Assembly (NCBI RefSeq): GCF_001194135.2
Contig: NC_068985.1
Span: 101,369,515-101,433,514 of the forward strand
DNA length: 64,000 nt
Direction: 5' to 3'
Source of the DNA: Octopus bimaculoides
Taxonomy: Eukaryota
Shown: piece by piece, positions 28,850 through 41,190 of the stretch
Layout: each line of letters opens with the position of its first letter
Numbering within the stretch: position 1 is the stretch's first letter
The notes under the pieces: generated by a model
The model's input: only the letters and a program-made list of their open reading frames with translations
Told to the model about the DNA's origin: nothing
Databases searched by the model: none
Made by a program: the position numbers and the translations under genes

Positions 28850-29115
28850 ATCTGGTTGTAATATAGATAAAGTATAATTGAAAATTATTATTAGAAATAT
28901 GTTGTGGAGGTATATTTAAAATACAACGAAGACTAAAGATTGGGCTATGATAGTAACATATGAGCAGGTTCATTTTAAATATTTGCTTGAAATATATGGG
29001 GTCATCTGATGGGAACAGTGCGATGTGATGCTTTCATTGATCAATTAAAGCAGACGCTCGAAAAGGCCGTAGTGAATTGAAACCTGTACATGTGTGTTAC
29101 TCATATATATATAAA

Positions 29116-29150
<35 letters not shown>

Positions 29151-29519
29151 CCCCCCACACACACACACACATATATATATATATAATCAAAATAAGCAAC
29201 AAGGATATCCAAAGTTAATGCAATACCATCGTTTTATGCAACTCTACTTAATTGCAAAATGTAATCATTACATCAATTTAAATTGCAAAGCAATCATCAG
29301 CTGCACAAAGCATATAAATTAATTAAATTAGAACAGATGGACACATTAGTATAATTATACATAAAATCTCCAAGAAGTTAAAAAGTTTATTAATGTCTAT
29401 GTTGTAGATGAAGCAACATGTTCTTTGTCTATCTCCTCGTGAAAGACAGGAGCAATTGATTAACATGGCAAGCGCAAAAAAGCCTAGATATCTCCAAACG
29501 TTCAGCATAAGAAATAAAT

Positions 29520-29720
29520 TGATTATATCGAGGTGGACAAAGCATGCATATTACAGGACTCAGCGATGTTATCACCGTTCAACACCGACATAGATCATCG
29601 CTTGCAACAGATAAAGATCGCGATAAACGAGTAGAATCTACGATGTGACGCATTTCTGGGATGCTATGAAACATGAAGTTTGGAATTCGCTTGAACATTT
29701 GGATGAAGACAACGATTCAT
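29520..29720 (+). mobile_element. Possible Tc1/mariner catalytic-domain remnant
   Basis: ILQDSA (cf. FQQDSAP) and IFWDAMKHEVW (cf. DY.+WG.++..V) in shifted frames. Confidence 0.25.
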
Positions 29721-30452
29721 AGACCTACAAAAATCTTTCAGTAATATTGTATAAATGTTCTTTAATAAATGCATTATTTAGATGTCACTGAAGTCTGAAA
29801 ATTTATAAATAAATGTATAACCCCATTATTAAACAGCGTTTAACAAAATATATGTATTTGTGTTTGACCTTCACATGACAGGATTATTATAAAAATGTAT
29901 TGCCAACATGTAATATTATCCCTGGGCTACAACATTAAACGTGTTCATATGTTTTGCTTAGGTAGGTGCCTTCTCTGTCATATTTTTCCATTCTTCAATG
30001 CTTAGTACAACCCTACATATGTAAATAGAACAATGCCGACGGTCATATTTTGAATGATTAAATCTGCATATATTATATTCCGATACACGAATCACATGCA
30101 AACAGAACATCTTTGTATTTCGGAAACACACAAACACAGACACACGCAAACATATATGCGTACATCAGCATCTTTCTCTCCGTACAAGTGTATATCAGAA
30201 TCCATGATGTACTAACACGAATAATTTTTACTGTATATAAGCTGATCTTATTTGAGCTCGATAACAAAGACAAGGCTATATAGGCAGTGAGTGTGTGAGC
30301 ATGCATGTGTGTGCGAGTCCTGTGTGTGCATATGAAAATGTCTATGTGTACTTATGTGTGTTTATGTGTTCATTTTATAAAACGCATATCGCATCCAGAC
30401 ACGAATTCACACAATTCGACTACACCTTCGTCATATGCGCATTCCTATTCAC

Positions 30453-30492
<40 letters not shown>

Positions 30493-31417
30493 NNNNNNNN
30501 NNNNNNNNNNNNNNNNNNNNNNNNNNNNNNNNNNNNNNNNNNNNNNNNNNNNNNNNNNNNNNNNNNNNNNNNNNNNNNTGTTTTACAAAATTCAGATTCA
30601 AGTCAAAAGCTTTATGGTTCTTGTCTGCTTAGTTTATTGCATGACGCTACTCTGGATAAATCTAAGTACCTTTCAACCAAAACGTAAATAGACTCGTCTT
30701 AATTACACAATGTCGTGATAAAATAAAATTATTTTAAATTGCCTCCATCTATAAATAAACATACCATTTGTCAAATATTGAAAAACTGCGTAAGAAATAT
30801 ATAACGTTATTGATTTAAAATTCATTGCTGAAATTTAACGAGATTGAACGAAACGGAAGCCACGAAGTTTTAGAAAAAGATAATTCAGTTTTCTTTTTCT
30901 TTTTGTGGGTGGAATTTTCTAGAAGTTTATTGTCAATTTCAGGATTATATTGAATACTATAGTTTTAAAATCATATGAGCATTAGGTTCAATTTAAATAC
31001 TGAAAAATCTTAACACAAGGAATGAACATAATAAATTTTATTATATAATAAAATTCGATCAATGCATTAATATTTTTCCATAATGTGCTTATTGCTTTTA
31101 AAGAACGTATTTGAAATTTGCTCTGATTGTCTGTATTAGTAATCTGACGTGTGTAATTATCATCTGAATTTAGCATGTTAGAAACAAGTTATAATAATTT
31201 TATGGTCCCCAGGATGCCAATAAGGCTGAAAGATTTGAAAGTGAATTTATTATACTCTAATATACATGGAATTCTCTCGCTATTTAATCGACTCGTAAGT
31301 GCAAATTAATATTCTGATTATGTGCATATAAATGTGATACGTTTTAAATAAAAGTCATATTGTCCGTATCTTGATTTAGAAACACTAATCATTTATACAA
31401 ACATGGAACTGTATACA

Positions 31418-31479
<62 letters not shown>

Positions 31480-32019
31480 NNNNNNNNNNNNNNNNNNNNN
31501 NNNNNNNNNNNNNNNNNNNNNNNNNNNNNNNNNNNNNNNNNNNNNNNNNNNNNNNNNNNNNNNNNNNNNNNNNNNNNNNNNNNNNNNNNNNNNNNNNNNN
31601 NNNNNNNNNNNNNNNNNNNNNNNNNNNNNNNNNNNNNNNNNNNNNNNNNNNNNNNNNNNNNNNNNNNNNNNNNNNNNNNNNNNNNNNNNNNNNNNNNNNN
31701 NNNNNNNNNNNNNNNNNNNNNNNNNNNNNNNNNNNNNNNNNNNNNNNNNNNNNNNNNNNNNNNNNNNNNNNNNNNNNNNNNNNNNNNNNNNNNNNNNNNN
31801 NNNNNNNNNNNNNNNNNNNNNNNNNNNNNNNNNNNNNNNNNNNNNNNNNNNNNNNNNNNNNNNNNNNNNNNNNNNNNNNNNNNNNNNNNNNNNNNNNNNN
31901 NNNNNNNNNNNNNNNNNNNNNNNNNNNNNNNNNNNNNNNNNNNNNNNNNNNNNNNNNNNNNNNNNNNNNNNNNNNNNNNNNNNNNNNNNNNNNNNNNNNN
32001 NNNNNNNNNNNNNNNNNNN

Positions 32020-32056
<37 letters not shown>

Positions 32057-33920
32057 CATACATATGTATATGTATATAGATACATGTACATATACGTGTA
32101 CGCACACATATACATATATTCGCATATTTAGTCCCATATATACCATGAGTGTGTTTTGTGTACCTGTTCTACGCATATGGATTCCTTAATATAATATAAG
32201 TATAGTTTTGGCCATAATGATATTAATTATTACATGAAGTTAAGGACCATCCATGATATATTCGGCTTTCTATTTCGCTTGTATGTTTTATCATTAGAAA
32301 TATCCGAAGGTGTTTTTATTGAAAATTTCCAGCAAATAAACAGGTTATATCTCTAGAAATTCTAAATTTCAATACAACTGAATATCTCACCTACCACATG
32401 CGTTTCGTCTTATATAGGATCAGAGACTGGCCTACTCCAACTACAACTAGAAATATGTTGTCTCATAAAGTCCATTTCTTTTACCTCCCTTGCTCTATTT
32501 TTCTTTCATTTTCAATTTGTGAATTACCTTGTTTACTTTTACTAAACTTTTTGAGGGATTTACTGGTATATCTTGTTTCTTTCAGAATTTTAAACGTGTA
32601 TTCCGAAGACGGTACAAGAAAGCGGAGTTATTTAGTGTAAAACGAACGACATAAAAAAAGACGTCTTAATTATGCCAACATGTACGATTCACTTTGCTGA
32701 ATTCATATTTCTTCTAATGGCATATGAATCTGAACACCAAATTATCTCATTAGCATTGATTTCTTCCAGATAAAATAAAAGGTATTTCAGAGATTTTTGT
32801 CGAGCAGCATACCCTGAAAGTTTGATGATAATATAATGTATTGTGTTGAAAATATTACGAAATATGGCTGACAAAGTGATTTTTGCTGCACCAATAAAAT
32901 ATCTCCTTGAATTGATATTTTCTAAATTTGACGACATACCACCAAGTGTTTTTATCATATTTAGGCTTGATATATTATCAGATACGTTCTCAAGCAAAGA
33001 CGTAAAGTTGTTTCTACACTACGTAATATGGTATTTTGATTAAAAACATTCATAAGGCTTCTTCATTTTCTAATAGCTATATATATATATATTCCTTTTA
33101 CAAACAGTAAAAACATACGAGAATATTTTCGAGATTATTTACCGTTAATGGAATGTAAGGGTAAGCTCAACATTTTTCCTGACGAAGCTAATCCAAATAT
33201 CACATCTTTCACGAAGTGACAATTTACTATTTTCGGTGAGGATGCTGCTGAAAGTAAATAGCGGTTTAGTATATTTAATATTACCTGAAACGATGATGAG
33301 AAGAAGAAGATGTTGATGATAATGAGGAAGATGATAATGATTAGGGGCAGCGGAGGAAGACAACGTTGGACCTGACGAAGGCAATGGCGTTAAATATAAT
33401 TTTGAATTTCGTAATGAAAAAGACGGCAATGACAAAGATATTAAGCAATCATAATGTTAGTAACGATGACATGAAAGAAGGTATCGATGATAACGGTATC
33501 GCAGTGCTGTGTGTGATCCAAAACATTACATATTCAAAATATACGTGTTTACAAAGAGAAACAGCTTTTGTGCAAAACAGATATTATATACCTAAATAAT
33601 GAAAATTTCAAAAGTATTGCACAAACTAATTTATGAATTGAAGCTACCATTGGTTTCAGGTTATAAAAAAGTAGGAAAATATACAGGTGTCGAAATAATT
33701 TTTCAGCTGATCATATGGAGAAAGAACCTCGCCTTCATTTTGAAAAACAGTCTCGCATCCTTCGTGGGATTTCTCGGAAATTCGCGTAGATAAAACAATG
33801 AATTAATGAGTCAAGTGCCGTTACTCTTGATTGGCATCTTCTGGTTGTTTATCTCTCTTAGATTTGTCTTTTGGGTACATGTTTTAGTGGTTAATTTGTT
33901 TGCATTATTTTACATTAAAT

Positions 33921-34131
33921 GCGGCGACCGTGCAGGATTGTTTGCATGCCGGGAAAATGCTTGAGCGGCATTTCGCCTGTGATTACGTTCTGAGTTCAAA
34001 TGCTGAAGAGGTTCACTTTGCTTTTCATCCTTTTGGGATGGATAAATTAAGTACCAGTGAAACACTAAGGTCGATGTAATCGACTGGTCCCCTCCTACCA
34101 AATTTCAGGCCGTGTGCCTTTAGTAGAAAGG
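33921..34131 (+). mobile_element. SINE family A
   Basis: gcggcg head, aaatgcttgagcggcatttcg..acgttctgagttcaaat..cactttgcttttcatcc..gtcgatgtaatcgact..aaatttcaggcc.tgtgcct. Confidence 0.85.
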
Positions 34132-34544
34132 ATTGTTTTACACTATTTGTCTTTGTTCTCGACATGGTGCTCTACTCGTACGTTCTGGTAGTTCGTTATT
34201 GCGGCATGTTTCTTCCTTTGTGAAGTTTGTGTACTATGTGTGTTCACGTTTAGGAAACGACGTATCCTCATAGTGTGACCCTCACATTTGAGGGTGCTTC
34301 TTGAGTGCAAAATATTGTTTATACTCAAATATTATTATTTTATCTACGCGTATTTACGAGAAATCCTGTGAACGAATCGTGACTTTTTTCGAAACTAGAA
34401 GCGAACATCTTTCTCCATGTGATCGGCTTGAAAAATTCTTAAGTCATTTGTATATTTTCCTACTTTTCTTAACATAAAAACCAAAGCGGTTTTGAGCACT
34501 CATTCCATCGTTCAATATTTACATATATATATATATATATTTCA

Positions 34545-34885
34545 CTTGTTTTAATCATCTTGACTGCAGCAAGACTGTATGACCGCCTTACAAGTTTATA
34601 ACTTAGGAAATCTACTCCATCATGTGTTCATTGGTCTTTTGCCGAAGAGCTATATTACGGGAACATAAACACATCAGCTTCGGTTGTAAGTTATGACGAG
34701 GGAGGGAAACACGGACACACCTTCATATAAATATAAACACATATTTATACGACGGGCTTCTTTCAGTTACCGTCTACAAAATCCACTCTAAGGCTTTGGT
34801 CGGTCCGATATTATAGTAGAATTTTGAACTAGGAATCATGAGATTGGAAAGCTAGCTTCTTATCACACAGAAACGCCTGTGCTAC
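34545..34885 (-). mobile_element. SINE family B
   Basis: gggcttctttcagttaccgtctacaaaatccactc.aaggctttggtcgg matches the reverse complement of the 46120 and 48785 copies. Confidence 0.75.
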
Positions 34886-35417
34886 ACACACAAACATACG
34901 CACACACGCCCATATACCAGTATAAAATATCACCTGGGGAATAACCTCATCATGTTCATTTCACAACTGCCATTCAGTGGTCGGCTACAACATGCCAGTA
35001 TAGAGCTGGGTTATTTATTTTACTGGATATATAAGTGGAACTCTCTCAATGTAGGTAGAATGTGATTAAGAGTTTATAAAATATGGAGTGAACAGGATTT
35101 CACCACAATCACAACATAAAACAACCAAACTACTGTACAGCTTGTTAATATACGTCATGAGCTAATGAACGGATTCCTATAGTCTATATCCTGATATATT
35201 AGTGTTAGACATCTTCATAGGAAAGGTACAAACTTAAAATTTTAAAAATAACAACAGACAGTATTTACTTTTGATGTATTTTTTATACTTAAGATTTTTT
35301 CCACTATTCTTCAAATTTTTTTTAGAACATTTATAAATAGAAAGTCTTACAGCTGTTTTGGGGATATTTACTATATTCCTTCATCGGAGATGGCGTGAGA
35401 TGATAGGTAAGCAATAG

Positions 35418-35450
<33 letters not shown>

Positions 35451-35520
35451 CATATCGAAAGGAAATGGAAATTAATAAAAATTTTCACTTCCAGTGGCCT
35501 AGCGTATAGCAATTTAGTCC

Positions 35521-35946
35521 AAAGCCTATGAATTACTCATAAGATACAGTGTATATGTAAACACATAAGAGGAATCCACTTATGGGATTCCTTACGCTAG
35601 AAACAACAGTAAGGTTCTAGAACCACAAAAATAGGGATAGGTTCCCGAAAGGAACGAAATGAAAAAAAAAAACATTTGCCATCTAGATGTAAAACTTTGT
35701 AAGTCTTGGAATATGTGTAATGGCGAATAAATAATATCAAAATTATGTTCCAATCACCTGAGGATATATTAGTACATATCTAAAAGAAGAAACTACTGTA
35801 TTTCGCCATACACTTATTCATGGCGTCCAGATAAAGTGAAAGCTAGTATTTTCAATGAATACCAGATAATGGAATATGGTTGCATCAATTTTAGCTGAGG
35901 TAACATACTACTGGTAGATTCAGATGGCATTTTCGCCACAGTTCAA
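35521..35946 (+). repeat. 426 bp unique sequence duplicated in inverted orientation at 37636-38061
   Basis: Base-by-base reverse-complement match with 2 substitutions. Confidence 0.95.
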
Positions 35947-36011
35947 AAGTGGGCAACAAAAAGCAAAGCATATAGGCAAGACATGTCTCAGAAATTATCT
36001 AAGAATTTACT

Positions 36012-36065
36012 TGACATTAGATGAGAGTTTCAACTAAATGACATTAGATGAGAGTTTCAACTAAA
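36012..36065. repeat. Perfect 27 bp tandem duplication
   Basis: tgacattagatgagagtttcaactaaa occurs twice. Confidence 0.95.
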
Positions 36066-36816
36066 TAAATATGTGGTATTATATAGAAAACATTGAGCAA
36101 ACTATATTATTTAAAATCAAAATATAATGCGTGATGAAAGTTTTGGACAGCTGTATAAACAACATCATGTATAAAGTGAGGGAAAGTTTATCGCACCATT
36201 GAGTGTGTACATCTGACGTTCAATACATTCATCATACATGTACAAACATGCGCGCATACAAACACAGGCACACACATAAACACACACATATACCATTGCA
36301 TACGCTTACACAAACGTACGGACAGCTGCATATTATGTATACATACTTAACACAGAATGGTTGTCGGTTATACAGAAACCGTAAATAATGTGAGAATCGG
36401 TAATAATACTGCCGAAATCTCCTAAACACTGAAACATTGGTACCTTACAGAGCTTGATTTAACGTACGTATTTAATTTCGAAAGAGAATACATGCCAGGT
36501 CATCTGAATATATGCTGCAGTTGTTGATATTAATGTTGGTTGCCTGAAGTAATTTATGCTTGACATATATGAGTAAGCAACATGCCAAGAAAATATGTCT
36601 GTGTGCAATTCGTAGTATCATTTTGGGCAATATATCTAAAACTAAGTAAAACAAACAAGAAAGTTCGTAGTAAAAGGAGAAATAGTAGAAAATAGTAGAA
36701 AAGGAAAATGTGATTTATAAAAATAAAAATAAAATCTAAGTTTCGCGAACGAGGAGGAAGATACAGCAACGACAACTCTTTGAGGGCATACAATGCCATA
36801 ACAAACTCAAAACACC

Positions 36817-36850
<34 letters not shown>

Positions 36851-37467
36851 NNNNNNNNNNNNNNNNNNNNNNNNNNNNNNNNNNNNNNNNNNNNNNNNNN
36901 NNNNNNNNNNNNNNNNNNNNNNNNNNNNNNNNNNNNNNNNNNNNNNNNNNNNNNNNNNNNNNNNNNNNNNNNNNNNNNNNNNNNNNNNNNNNNNNNNNNN
37001 NNNNNNNNNNNNNNNNNNNNNNNNNNNNNNNNNNNNNNNNNNNNNNNNNNNNNNNNNNNNNNNNNNNNNNNNNNNNNNNNNNNNNNNNNNNNNNNNNNNN
37101 NNNNNNNNNNNNNNNNNNNNNNNNNNNNNNNNNNNNNNNNNNNNNNNNNNNNNNNNNNNNNNNNNNNNNNNNNNNNNNNNNNNNNNNNNNNNNNNNNNNN
37201 NNNNNNNNNNNNNNNNNNNNNNNNNNNNNNNNNNNNNNNNNNNNNNNNNNNNNNNNNNNNNNNNNNNNNNNNNNNNNNNNNNNNNNNNNNNNNNNNNNNN
37301 NNNNNNNNNNNNNNNNNNNNNNNNNNNNNNNNNNNNNNNNNNNNNNNNNNNNNNNNNNNNNNNNNNNNNNNNNNNNNNNNNNNNNNNNNNNNNNNNNNNN
37401 NNNNNNNNNNNNNNNNNNNNNNNNNNNNNNNNNNNNNNNNNNNNNNNNNNNNNNNNNNNNNNNNNNA

Positions 37468-37635
37468 TATGGGAGAATATACAAACAATAACAACAGACG
37501 AGGACAGGTGGTGTAAATAACAAAAGTATATATTAGTATGACGCTCGGGAATACGGAAAGTCTTTGACGTTTCGAGCTACGCTCTTCAATAGAAAGAATA
37601 CGGAGACAAGGAGAAAAAAACACGGAGAAAAAAAA
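37468..37635 (-). mobile_element. Penelope-like terminal repeat fragment
   Basis: Minus strand ttgaagagcgtagctcgaaacgtcaaagactttcc.tattcccgagcgt has the gaag..N..cgaaacgtc form typical of PLE pseudo-LTRs. Confidence 0.6.
37561..37597 (-). ncRNA. Minimal type I hammerhead ribozyme motif, catalytic core mutated
   Basis: 5'-TCTTT CTATTGA A GAGC-gta-GCTC GAAA CGT C AAAGA-3': stem I TCTTT/AAAGA, stem II GAGC/GCTC, palindromic ACGT stem III, GUC cleavage triplet; core reads CTATTGA instead of CTGATGA. Confidence 0.6.
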
Positions 37636-38061
37636 TTGAACTGTGGCGAAAATGCCATCTGAATCTACCAGTAGTATATTACCTCAGCTAAAATTGATGC
37701 AACCATATTCCATTATCTGGTATTCATTGAAAATACTAGCTTTCACTTTATCTGGACGCCATGAATAAGTGTATGGCGAAATACAGTAGTTTCTTCTTTT
37801 AGATATGTACTAATATATCCTCAGGTGATTGGAACATAATTTTGACATTATTTATTCGCCATTACACATATTCCAAGACTTACAAAGTTTTACATCTAGA
37901 TGGCAAATGTTTTTTTTTTTCATTTCGTTCCTTTCGGGAACCTATCCCTATTTTTGTGGTTCTAGAACCTTACTGTTGTTTCTAGCGTAAGGAATCCCAT
38001 AAGTGGATTCCTCTTATGTGTTTACATATACACTGTATCTTATGAGTAATTCATAGGCTTT
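37636..38061 (-). repeat. Inverted copy of 35521-35946
   Basis: 2 substitutions; ends exactly at a 10-N gap. Confidence 0.95.
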
Positions 38062-38087
38062 NNNNNNNNNNTGTGTGTGTGTGTGTG

Positions 38088-38127
<40 letters not shown>

Positions 38128-38445
38128 AGAAGGCGCTTGACTCAGTAGTTAGAGCGTCGGATTCATAGTTATGAGGGAGGGAACTGGATTACCTGACCGG
38201 CTAGTGTATTATGTTTTTGACCAAGCCTACTTCACGTTGTTGCAGTTCATTCAGCTTTGGAAATGAGTTGCGAAGACACCGGCGCCAACATTTATCGGCT
38301 TTCCCTTTCCCGTTAGTGGCGTGAAGAAGGGAGGTTGGTATACCTGGGTGACTAATTGTTGTTTTTCCCATAAACAACCTTGTCCTCAGAGGGTAACTTT
38401 CACGTTGCAATCCCATGGCCAGTCATGCCAAGGTGGTCTTTACCT
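38128..38445 (+). mobile_element. tRNA-derived SINE family C
   Basis: A-box-like gactcagtagttagagcgtcgg head, followed by cagttcattcagct body. Confidence 0.65.
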
Positions 38446-38580
38446 CGTATATATGCGTGTGTGTGTTCGTTTGTGCCTATCTGAGTATGGCTGTGTGCGT
38501 GTGTGTATATGCTTATGTGTGTGTGTGTGTGTGCGTTTGTGTAAATGTGTATGTGTATGTGTGTGTGGGTGTGGGTGTGT

Positions 38581-38617
<37 letters not shown>

Positions 38618-39079
38618 ATTGCCTGAAATAAAATAAATATACACTTTTAGTGTAATGAAGGAAATTATAGCCTTGGAAACCAAAATTATTCGTATGTTTC
38701 CGTGGGTTTTACTAACATGACCCTAGTCATATATTTACCAATTTATTTTTTTGATAACTTTTAAAATTTTTTATTAGAAAAAGTAGTTCCATAATAATCC
38801 AGTCTAAAAATGATGTAACAGCCCTTTCGAACTCTCTATGATTCTATTGCATTCCAGTAACACTTAACGTAGCGAGTTGGCATAATTTTTGGATGTCGGA
38901 CAAAATGATTCACTCAGCTTTACATCCCCGTTTCAAATCCGCTGAGGTCAAGGTTAGCAATCATCTTCACGTGGTCGAAAAAAGAAGGGCCAGTAAAGAA
39001 CAAGGGTTGATATGATTGACTTGTACTTCTTCCTTAATATCAGGTCTTGTCTTATTTTAGAAAGAATTACCAGTGATAT

Positions 39080-39290
39080 TTATAAGGTGCTTAGCTGACA
39101 AGTCAATTGCCACGGAGAGAAGGATGGTGGATAGTGTTTCGTGCATCTGAGTTAAATTCAGCCGAGGTCGACATTGCTTTTCATGATTTCGGAGCCGATA
39201 GAATATGCATCTCTTGAGCACAATAGTCGGTGTAATCAACTAGTCCCCTACACCGACATTATTAGTCTATGTCGGAAGTTAGGAAGAATG
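39080..39290 (+). mobile_element. SINE family A, diverged (a second remnant lies at ~38870-39000)
   Basis: tctgagttaaattcagccgaggtcgacattgctttcatgatttcggagccgat..tcggtgtaatcaactagtcccc. Confidence 0.75.
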
Positions 39291-40269
39291 TTAGTAAAAT
39301 TGATAAGTCGGTGAGGTAGCAAGTCAACACTGGTGTAAACGTTGTTTAAGTAGAGATAAGCAAAACTCAGCTGCTTTGGCAAAGGAAAATATGTGAATTA
39401 TACACACGACATGCGGTACCTCTCTGTGTAGAAGAATTATGAATTTTGTCTCTCTACAATATAACTATACTTTTTTTATAACATACCCTTTCGGAGCAAA
39501 AATTTTGCAAAACAAATTCTAAATAAAATGTTTGCAAGATTTAGCTAATCTAGCAGACAACTAAAGCAAACAGTATGTTATCTTTAGAAAGAAAACCAAC
39601 TCGGTTATATTAGTTCGTAAAATATTAAATATCTTGCAAACTGTACACAAACACTCTCAGTTCATCAGTAAACTAACTAAAACTCAGAAGCATTAAAATG
39701 AAACATTAAGGTGAACTCTACTCTTAAATGTGAGAAACTATAAGAATTGTTTAACTACACAAGTTGTAAAGATATTCCTCTTTACGTTCCAGTTTGAATA
39801 CTGAAATTTAATATACAGTAATATAGTAACCAGCAGTTCTTGACCAAACTAACTTGGATGAAACAAGAACATCAATTTACCTGTGAGTATCAGAGATAGC
39901 CAAACATTATTGATTCATATATCTCTACACTAATTCTTTAACACAGACACACAATTTGAAATACTAATACAGACTCACAGTACCTAACGATTATCACGTA
40001 TAAGTGCAGAAAAAAACCCTCTTTAACATAAATGCCGAAAGTATGCAGAATAAAAATGATCTATAAAATAAACATCTGCTTCAAACTCAACAGGAATCCT
40101 TCTCTAAATTAGATGCAAATAAAAGAATAGCAGCACCAGCAGGAATAACTAACCTAGGAACAACTCTGATGTGTGGCGGGGAAGTACAGGTATACATACA
40201 CCTGACAAATGAGAGAAGTAATGCAGATTAAGTGAAATTATTACGGGAGCTGAAGATGATAGAATCACA

Positions 40270-41190
40270 AATAACAATTAACAGTACCACACCTCAAATG
40301 TTCCCTCGTTTACTTGCATTTTGTTCTTGTCTGCCCATTGCTTTACTTTGTAAATCAGACTCCCGTCTTATTCATGGATAATTTTATGGAACTTAGAGTC
40401 ATCAGGAATATTTTCACTTTCCTGTGTTTTATGACGCTGGAAAGGTCGTTTATGTAAACTCTAAAGAGAAACGGAGCCACGACAGTTCCCCGAGGAACAC
40501 CACTCTTTACTTTGCTGGGCTTCAGGGGATTTCACCGATCACAACCTATTCTGTTCTGTTCCACGGATTCCAACACTTGATAATTTTGACAGTAGGATAT
40601 TATGGTCGAATCTGTCTAACATTTTACTGAAGTCAAGATATATGACAACAGAGTTCGACCCAGATTCCGAGGCTTTAAGAATATCATCGATCGGATGTAA
40701 GAGTCGTGTTAGTCAGTCCCTGTCCCAGCAAACGCAATGCTGTCTTGAATTTGGAAAATTGCTTCTCTCCAAAAGCCAGCTATCCTTGATCTCACCATCC
40801 TTTCAAACACTTTATTGATATGGGAGTTGAGTGAGACTGGACGATAGTTGACTGCGAGGGATCTGTTTCGTCCTTTGGGAATCGAATTCCTTCACATCCC
40901 TTACCTTAATATCAGTGGGAAAACAAAAGACAGAGCAGTATTGTTTCTATAGTACTTCTGCTATTTCTTTCGCATCATGCTGAAAATTTCCGTCATCATC
41001 GATCAAAGGCCAACGTGTGAGACAGCGGTCCTACGCTGATTTGCGTATGAAGCGAACACTTTTGGTCTCAGTTTTTGATTAACCGGTGTTCCTCGGCAGC
41101 TCTTTAATTTCCAATGCAGGTTTTCGTGTTGATCTGCAGATAATTTTGTTCCTACTCCTGTTGAATCTGTATATACTACGTGGGAATACT
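40270..41190 (-). mobile_element. CR1-clade LINE reverse transcriptase fragment, frameshifted
   Basis: Minus-strand peptides KEIAEVL*KQYCSVF, PKGRNRSLAVNYRPVSLNSHINKVFERMVR and KSGVPRGTVVAPFLFRVYINDL (cf. NYRPVSL and SGVPQG++LGP+LF++YINDL). Confidence 0.85.

Noticed and set aside
32525-32620. Minus-strand LVPSSEYTFKI, FN3-like
   Set aside because: An in-frame stop lies just upstream with no AG acceptor between it and the motif; the rest of the FN3 pattern is absent.
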